Below, one piece after another: positions 58,433-64,000 of a stretch of DNA of 64,000 bases; position 1 is the stretch's first letter; each line of letters starts with the position of its first letter. Source of the DNA: an uncultured Candidatus Poseidoniales archaeon (GTDB lineage Archaea > Thermoplasmatota > Poseidoniia > Poseidoniales > Thalassarchaeaceae); NCBI GenBank assembly GCA_902530535.1, contig CACAAP010000003.1, positions 721 through 64,720 on the forward strand, read 5' to 3'. Below the pieces are notes generated by a model. It was not told the DNA's origin. It saw only the letters and a program-made list of their open reading frames with translations, and did not search any database. The translations under genes were made by a program, and so were the position numbers.

Positions 58433-59928
58433 CCAAAACTATCTAGCGTGGATTGGCTCTCATCATTGCTTTCCTCCACTATGTCCTTTGATACGTCCTC
58501 CTCTATCTCGAACTTCTCTTCAAGCTGTCCGAACTCCTCCAGTATTGTCTTCCCAACTTTGCTGGTCTTCGGAATACCTAGAACTGCAAGATGATCTTCC
58601 CCCGTCATCCCTATCTTCTTCGCTACAGTAAAGTCGCTCTCAGATGCTCCGAGGCTCTTATCGTGAATCGCCAGAAGAGCAGGCCATAGATCTTCTCTGA
58701 ATGATGATTTGCTAGTTCCTAGGGATCCCGCTAGTCTCTCAATCAAGTCGATATTCCTCCAAGTTTCACCCCCCCTTCTCAGGAATTCTGGAAAACTAAT
58801 GAAGACGCCCCCATCGTTCTTTGAATTAGAGACCGCTGCAATGGCCTGAGTTGGCAATGATGAGCCCCAATACCAAGATCTGAAAGCACGATTGGTGAAT
58901 TTTGTAGCCAGATAGGAATCCGAGTTGCACATAGCTCCAGAGATCGCCTCAAGACCCCTGCTGCTAATCACCGATTGATTGTTCCACGAGAACCATGCTA
59001 GAATCTCGTCTGGGTCCTTGTCTGAGTTTAGGATGGCCTCTGATGCTAGAAGGCCCGAATCAGAATTGTAGGCTCTTTTCAGGGATTCGAACACGTTAAT
59101 CTGTGAGTCCCTGAGTACCGATCCAGATAGCTCACTCACTGAGGCCATGTCTACGTGCCCATTTGCAGTAACCGATAGAGATTGTAAATCCTTCACGAGA
59201 GCCCTGAGGTCTCCGGGATTCCTTCGAATTAGAGCATCTAGAGCCTCCGGATCAATTCCTACACTTTCCGAATCAAGAACTCTTAGGGCTATCCTCCTAA
59301 GATCTGTAGGCCCGACTCTCTCGAATATGATGTTTTCAGATACTCTGTTTACCCTATCCCTATTCCTTCTCCAATTCCCTCTCCCCCAGAGCTTCATCGG
59401 ATCATTACAGGTCATAATTACTGGATTTTCAGTTTTGTTGAGTAGATTGAGTAACTCCGCCTTCCCCCCCGAGTCCCCCTTCAGTACTGGTCCTTCTTCT
59501 GACCCCATGGTGGTGTGGATTCTTTCTTCTGATACCTGTGAGAAGCCTCCGCTAAGGTGATCTACCTCATCTAGGAGTATCACAGTTTTTCCAGTAGTTT
59601 CAGATCCCCTGGAGAAGTTCTCTAGTGAGACGTATTGCGAGCCCCTAGTTGCAGAGGATCTTATGGCGGCCGCATTCCTTTGCTCGGAGGCATTCAATTC
59701 TACAATCGACCAACCCTTCTCTTTTGCTATTGCATGTGCCAGCGTAGTTTTCCCCACTCCCGGGGGGCCAGAGAGCAGCAGCCCCCTCTTTTTCGGAGCC
59801 TTCCCAGAATCCCATCCTTCTAGCCAAATCCTCACTCTTCTTATCTTATCCCCATTACCCTCCATATCCGACAAAGTGGAAGGGCGGTATCTCTCCGCCC
59901 AGTCACCATCCTCCTTGCCCTGCTCCAT
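58429..59928 (-). CDS. rfcL: replication factor C large subunit
   Basis: LLLSGPPGVGKTTLAHAIAKE Walker A, ILLDEVD (DEVD box), RFC box VII/VIII. 499 aa with an archaeal RFC-L specific C-terminal domain. Confidence 0.8.
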   Translation of the reverse strand: MEQGKEDGDWAERYRPSTLSDMEGNGDKIRRVRIWLEGWDSGKAPKKRGLLLSGPPGVGKTTLAHAIAKEKGWSIVELNASEQRNAAAIRSSATRGSQYVSLENFSRGSETTGKTVILLDEVDHLSGGFSQVSEERIHTTMGSEEGPVLKGDSGGKAELLNLLNKTENPVIMTCNDPMKLWGRGNWRRNRDRVNRVSENIIFERVGPTDLRRIALRVLDSESVGIDPEALDALIRRNPGDLRALVKDLQSLSVTANGHVDMASVSELSGSVLRDSQINVFESLKRAYNSDSGLLASEAILNSDKDPDEILAWFSWNNQSVISSRGLEAISGAMCNSDSYLATKFTNRAFRSWYWGSSLPTQAIAAVSNSKNDGGVFISFPEFLRRGGETWRNIDLIERLAGSLGTSKSSFREDLWPALLAIHDKSLGASESDFTVAKKIGMTGEDHLAVLGIPKTSKVGKTILEEFGQLEEKFEIEEDVSKDIVEESNDESQSTLDSFG

Positions 59929-59964
59929 GAGAGAAAATTCGCGCGGCGACTCTTGAAGATTAGC

Positions 59965-61683
59965 CTAGAACATCGAGGATAAAGAACCCGATTTCAGGCC
60001 ACCAATCAAACCATCTAGATCGGTACGTACTTGCTTCTGATCATCTCTTCTCCTGATTGTTACAGTGTTGTCCTCTAATGATTGGTGATCAATTGTCACT
60101 GCCCAAGGAATCCCAATCTCATCGGCCCTGGCATACCTTCTTCCTATCGATCTGCTGGTATCTATTTCTGCGATTATTCCTCTGAATGAGTTTATCTGTG
60201 CCATAATGTCCCTAGCCATTTGGTCCATTCCGTCTTTATCGAAAAGAGGTAGAATAACTAGATCGGCAGGGGCAATCGCGGGATTTAGTGACAAGATCGT
60301 GTACCCCTCGCCCTCTTTGTCCACTTCCTTGTAGTTATGATCAAGAATATGCCATATTATCCTATCAATCCCAAATGCTGGCTCGATAACATGTGGCGTG
60401 AAATATTCCCCAGAAATTATGGAATCCTCTACGGCGGTATTAACCATATCTTCTCCAATATGCACCATGGTCCCATCCGGGAGTTCCAAGTCAAACGGGA
60501 ATGACGATGGAATCTCTTGTAATTGAGATAGGGCAGAAGAAACCTCGCCTGCCCTTTCTCTGAAAGTTGGACCAATCACAGAACCTACTGGCTTGAGAAC
60601 TTCCGACTTTTTCTTTACTGGTTTTTCGTATGTCCTCCAAGCGCGTAAAAGACTCGATTTCGACAGCTCTTCGTGAGATTCCAGGTCATGACAGGTCCTA
60701 TTGGCAATTCCTACGACTTCCACCCAACCATGCTCTCCCATAAGCTCACAGTCCCAGCAATCAGATGCATAGTGAGCCATCTCAGAGCCTGCATGTTGCC
60801 TGAATCGAACCTTTGCCCTGTCTATCCCTACAGACACGAGAAACTCCATGGTCATTGCCAGGAACCACGCTACAGTGGGGTGCTTAACAATTCCAGACTC
60901 TAACGCTTCCTTGAATGACATCTCAAATTCTCCGGGTCTTGGACCGTCAGGATCGGGGACCATGCAAACTCTATCTGGCCATTTGCTGAGGTCGTCAATC
61001 GGCGGGTCATCTGGGTCAATGAAGTACTCAAGCTCAGCCATATTGAATTCTCTAAGCCTAATCATCCCCTGTCTCGGACTGATCTCGTTCCTGTATCCCT
61101 TCCCCGTCTGCATCGCACCGAAAGGCAACTTCTGTCTGAAGTGCCTGTATAGGGCAGGGAATAGCATGAACATTCCCTGAGCGGTTTCCGGTCTCAGAAA
61201 TGCGATCCTCGATCCGCCCATTGCTCCAATGCTGGTCTGGAACATTAGACTCATCGGCATTGCCTTTTTCCAGTCTAATGAGTCACAGCTCGGACAACGC
61301 ACGCCCTCTCTTTCAATCAGCTCATCCAGTTCACTGGAGCTAAGAGTGTCTGGAGCCTCGTGGAACTCAGCCACAAGGTGATCGCTCCTGAAAGCACCAC
61401 CGCAAGATCTGCATTCTGACATTTTGTCGTTGAACTCTCCAACATGTCCGCTGGCGATAAGTACAGGCTCCGGAGTGATAGTGGGGGAGTCTATCTCTAC
61501 AACGTTTGTAATGCTGCCCCAATGTTCAATCCAGGCATCAATTACTCTTCTCTTTATCCTTGCACCAACTGGTCCGTAGTCAACAAGACCGGAAACTCCT
61601 CCGTAAATTTCGAATGATGGAAGAACTAATCCTCTGCGCCTTAGGAGTGAGACAAGTCTAGACATCCTTTCTCTGTCTTCCAC
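59965..61683 (-). CDS. glyS: glycine--tRNA ligase (archaeal/eukaryotic-type homodimeric GlyRS)
   Basis: N-terminal RRRGLVLPSFEIYGGVSGLVDYGPVG, class II motifs, C-terminal anticodon-binding domain. 572 aa. Confidence 0.85.
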   Translation of the reverse strand: MEDRERMSRLVSLLRRRGLVLPSFEIYGGVSGLVDYGPVGARIKRRVIDAWIEHWGSITNVVEIDSPTITPEPVLIASGHVGEFNDKMSECRSCGGAFRSDHLVAEFHEAPDTLSSSELDELIEREGVRCPSCDSLDWKKAMPMSLMFQTSIGAMGGSRIAFLRPETAQGMFMLFPALYRHFRQKLPFGAMQTGKGYRNEISPRQGMIRLREFNMAELEYFIDPDDPPIDDLSKWPDRVCMVPDPDGPRPGEFEMSFKEALESGIVKHPTVAWFLAMTMEFLVSVGIDRAKVRFRQHAGSEMAHYASDCWDCELMGEHGWVEVVGIANRTCHDLESHEELSKSSLLRAWRTYEKPVKKKSEVLKPVGSVIGPTFRERAGEVSSALSQLQEIPSSFPFDLELPDGTMVHIGEDMVNTAVEDSIISGEYFTPHVIEPAFGIDRIIWHILDHNYKEVDKEGEGYTILSLNPAIAPADLVILPLFDKDGMDQMARDIMAQINSFRGIIAEIDTSRSIGRRYARADEIGIPWAVTIDHQSLEDNTVTIRRRDDQKQVRTDLDGLIGGLKSGSLSSMF

Positions 61684-61852
61684 ACACTTACCACAACCAA
61701 CGTGGTTTTCAAGCCATCCTCGTATACAGCGCCCTTGTTGTTATTGTGGGACCATAGGAGATTCCCCAGCATTTGCGTACGAAAAACGCTGAAATTAGAG
61801 AAGCATTCATTTATCCAATCGATAGCCTGAGTCGCAAGGTGGCTATGAAAAA

Positions 61853-64000
61853 ATGCCTGAAATAAAGTATGTATCTGAGATTTCGGAATCTGAGGATATC
61901 CTGTCCAAACTTTCATCCCCGGTGAGAAATTGGTTCTTGGACAAGTTTCCAGACTTTACTGAGCCCCAGAAAGTGGCGATCCCACAGATTCTTGCAGGCG
62001 AGCATCTACTACTGTGTTCCCCCACTGGTTCCGGAAAGACCCTAACTGCGTTTCTTTCGATAATTGACGATCTGGTTCGCCAGTCAATGGCAGGATCTCT
62101 TTCCGATACAGTGCATTGCATCTACATCTCTCCAATAAAGGCTCTAGCAAACGATATCCAGAAGAATCTGATAGGGCCACTTAATGAGATCAAGGAGAGA
62201 TTCCTACCCGGAAGGGCTCAGGATATCAAAGTGGGACTCAGGACTGGGGACACTCCCCAGAAAGAGCGAGAGAGAATGCTCAGAAAACCTCCACATATCC
62301 TAATCACAACCCCCGAGTCTCTAGGACTTGCGTTGGCATCCAAGAGATTCCGGCCCCTATTGAATGACTTGAAATGGCTGATAGTGGATGAGTTGCACTC
62401 TCTTGTACCGACTAAAAGAGGGACTCACCTTTCATTGAGTCTAGCATTGATGGATTCTGTTGTGGAATCTGATGTTCAGAGAATCGGGATTAGCGCAACA
62501 ATGGAGCCTCTGAACGAGGTTGCTGAATTTCTGGTAGCAAGCGATTCAAGGGAAGACGAGGGAAATACCCAGAGAGTCTCGATAGCAAAGATCTCCGGAT
62601 CTAGGAAACTAGACCTCGACATCATCTTGCCTACCCCTAGATTCACATCGATCCCGGTGAAGGAGATTCTAGATCACAATATTGATCGAATCAAGGAACT
62701 AGTCGAGTCTCATACTACGACACTTGTCTTCGTGAATACTAGGAATATGACTGAGACATTCGTCCAACGCCTCAAAGTTGCTGGATTGGAGGGAGTAGAG
62801 GGGCATCACGGATCAATGGACAAATCGATCCGACTGGATGTAGAGCAGCAACTCAAGGAAGGCATGCTGAGATGCGTTGTCTCTTCATCCAGCCTGGAGA
62901 TGGGGATAGATATCGGATCCGTTGACCTTGTCATTCAGGTCGGCTCCCCAGGTTCGATTGCCACTGCCCTGCAAAGGATAGGGAGGGCTGGACACCAAGT
63001 AGGGGGACTTCCCAGAGCTAGATTCCTCCCGACTTCCTCGCACGACTTGCTTGAGATTGTAGCCCTCCAGAACGGAATCCTCTCCGGCAATATGGACTTG
63101 CTAAAGTTCCCGCAGAATTGCCTAGATGTACTCGCTCAGTTCTTAATCGGGCTCACAATCATTCGAGAATGGGACATAGATGAGGCTTACGAATTGGTTC
63201 AGGCATCTTGGCCATATCGGAACCTTCCATACGACGATTACATCGAGGTTCTAGACCTGCTAGAGGAAGAAAGGAGAATATGGGTAGATTGGGAGGAGAA
63301 TCGTTTCGGAAAGAGGGGATACGCCCAGATGATCTACTACACCAATATCGGTACAATATCTCCTGACAACAATTATCTAGTTTTCACATCTGATGGCACG
63401 CTGGTAGGACAACTCTCCTCATCCTTCGTTTCAAGCCTGAGGAACGGGGATGTATTTCTCCTTGGAGGGTCTACCTACAGGGTCTCAAGTGTAATTGGAA
63501 CTAGGGTAAATGTCACGCCCGCGACAGGATTCAGGCCCACCATCCCTTCATGGACAGGAGAGGCTATGAGCAGGACCAGCGAACTAAGTTTCGAGGTCCT
63601 AGAACTACTCAGCATCCTAACTGTCCAGTATAGGAGGGGGAACTCGATCACTCCCTTCCTAATCGATGTTCTAGGCCTGAACAAGCCAGTAGCCAACGCA
63701 CTTTCCCAATTTCTGGATGAGCACTCAGCAACTACGTTCCAAGTTCCTTCCAAAGATAGAATCCTCGTCGAACAGGTCGAAGCTCCATTGCCCACCTATG
63801 TCGTAACTACTTGTAGGGGTCGAGCATTCAACCTCGCTCTCGGATACCTTTTCGCAGGAATGGCAGTCAGGGACGAGATTACGGTTCACGAACTTTCATT
63901 CGACGAGAATGGGTTCATGGCCAAATTAAGTCATGAGGTGGAGATTTCATCTATACCCGAGGTTTTTCGTAGCAGAGGGAGCGAGGAAATTCTGAATAAA
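61853..64000 (+). CDS. lhr: Lhr-family ATP-dependent DNA helicase (N-terminal about 715 aa; continues beyond the window end)
   Basis: Manual translation from ATG 61853 gives MPEIKYVSEI...FTEPQKVAIPQILAGEHLLLCSPTGSGKTLTAFLSIID (Lhr motif I region), later LIVDELHSL (DExH). It is missing from the ORF track because it has no in-window stop. Confidence 0.75.
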   Translation, partial: MPEIKYVSEISESEDILSKLSSPVRNWFLDKFPDFTEPQKVAIPQILAGEHLLLCSPTGSGKTLTAFLSIIDDLVRQSMAGSLSDTVHCIYISPIKALANDIQKNLIGPLNEIKERFLPGRAQDIKVGLRTGDTPQKERERMLRKPPHILITTPESLGLALASKRFRPLLNDLKWLIVDELHSLVPTKRGTHLSLSLALMDSVVESDVQRIGISATMEPLNEVAEFLVASDSREDEGNTQRVSIAKISGSRKLDLDIILPTPRFTSIPVKEILDHNIDRIKELVESHTTTLVFVNTRNMTETFVQRLKVAGLEGVEGHHGSMDKSIRLDVEQQLKEGMLRCVVSSSSLEMGIDIGSVDLVIQVGSPGSIATALQRIGRAGHQVGGLPRARFLPTSSHDLLEIVALQNGILSGNMDLLKFPQNCLDVLAQFLIGLTIIREWDIDEAYELVQASWPYRNLPYDDYIEVLDLLEEERRIWVDWEENRFGKRGYAQMIYYTNIGTISPDNNYLVFTSDGTLVGQLSSSFVSSLRNGDVFLLGGSTYRVSSVIGTRVNVTPATGFRPTIPSWTGEAMSRTSELSFEVLELLSILTVQYRRGNSITPFLIDVLGLNKPVANALSQFLDEHSATTFQVPSKDRILVEQVEAPLPTYVVTTCRGRAFNLALGYLFAGMAVRDEITVHELSFDENGFMAKLSHEVEISSIPEVFRSRGSEEILNK

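Overview
This 64-kb window looks like an archaeal (euryarchaeal) chromosome segment. The evidence is aIF-5A, aEF-1beta, RFC large subunit, SRP54, TruD, TrmY, archaeal-type GlyRS, a type-A RNase P RNA, CCA-encoding tRNAs and a PGF-CTERM sorting signal. The gene content (MMPL exporters, acyl-CoA and 3-hydroxyacyl-CoA dehydrogenases, an OPT peptide transporter, very large secreted proteins, about 52-58% GC) is reminiscent of Marine Group II/Thermoplasmatota-like heterotrophs, but this is a guess. The first ~17 kb and the last ~16 kb are ordinary housekeeping genes. Between them lie two accessory features. One is a ~2.6-kb low-GC three-gene island abutting tRNA-Gln. The other is a ~27-kb block (20.5-47.6 kb) of four consecutive giant secreted proteins of 1988, 1241, 1784 and 3644 aa, interrupted only by a 3-hydroxyacyl-CoA dehydrogenase gene. 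These giants are mosaics of a subtilisin-like S8 protease, tandem PPC (pre-peptidase C-terminal) domains, long arrays of thrombospondin type-3-like Ca-binding Asp repeats, P-domain-like jelly-roll repeats, MAM-like and LDL-receptor-A-like modules. Adjacent genes carry three different C-terminal anchors: a TM helix with a basic tail, a TM helix with an acidic tail, and PGF-CTERM. Two RNA genes absent from the ORF track were found by eye: an RNase P RNA (minus strand, 13.4-13.7 kb) and two tRNAs (Lys-CUU, Gln-UUG). An acyl-CoA dehydrogenase is split by a +1 frameshift in a C8 homopolymer. No CRISPR array, transposase or integrase was seen.
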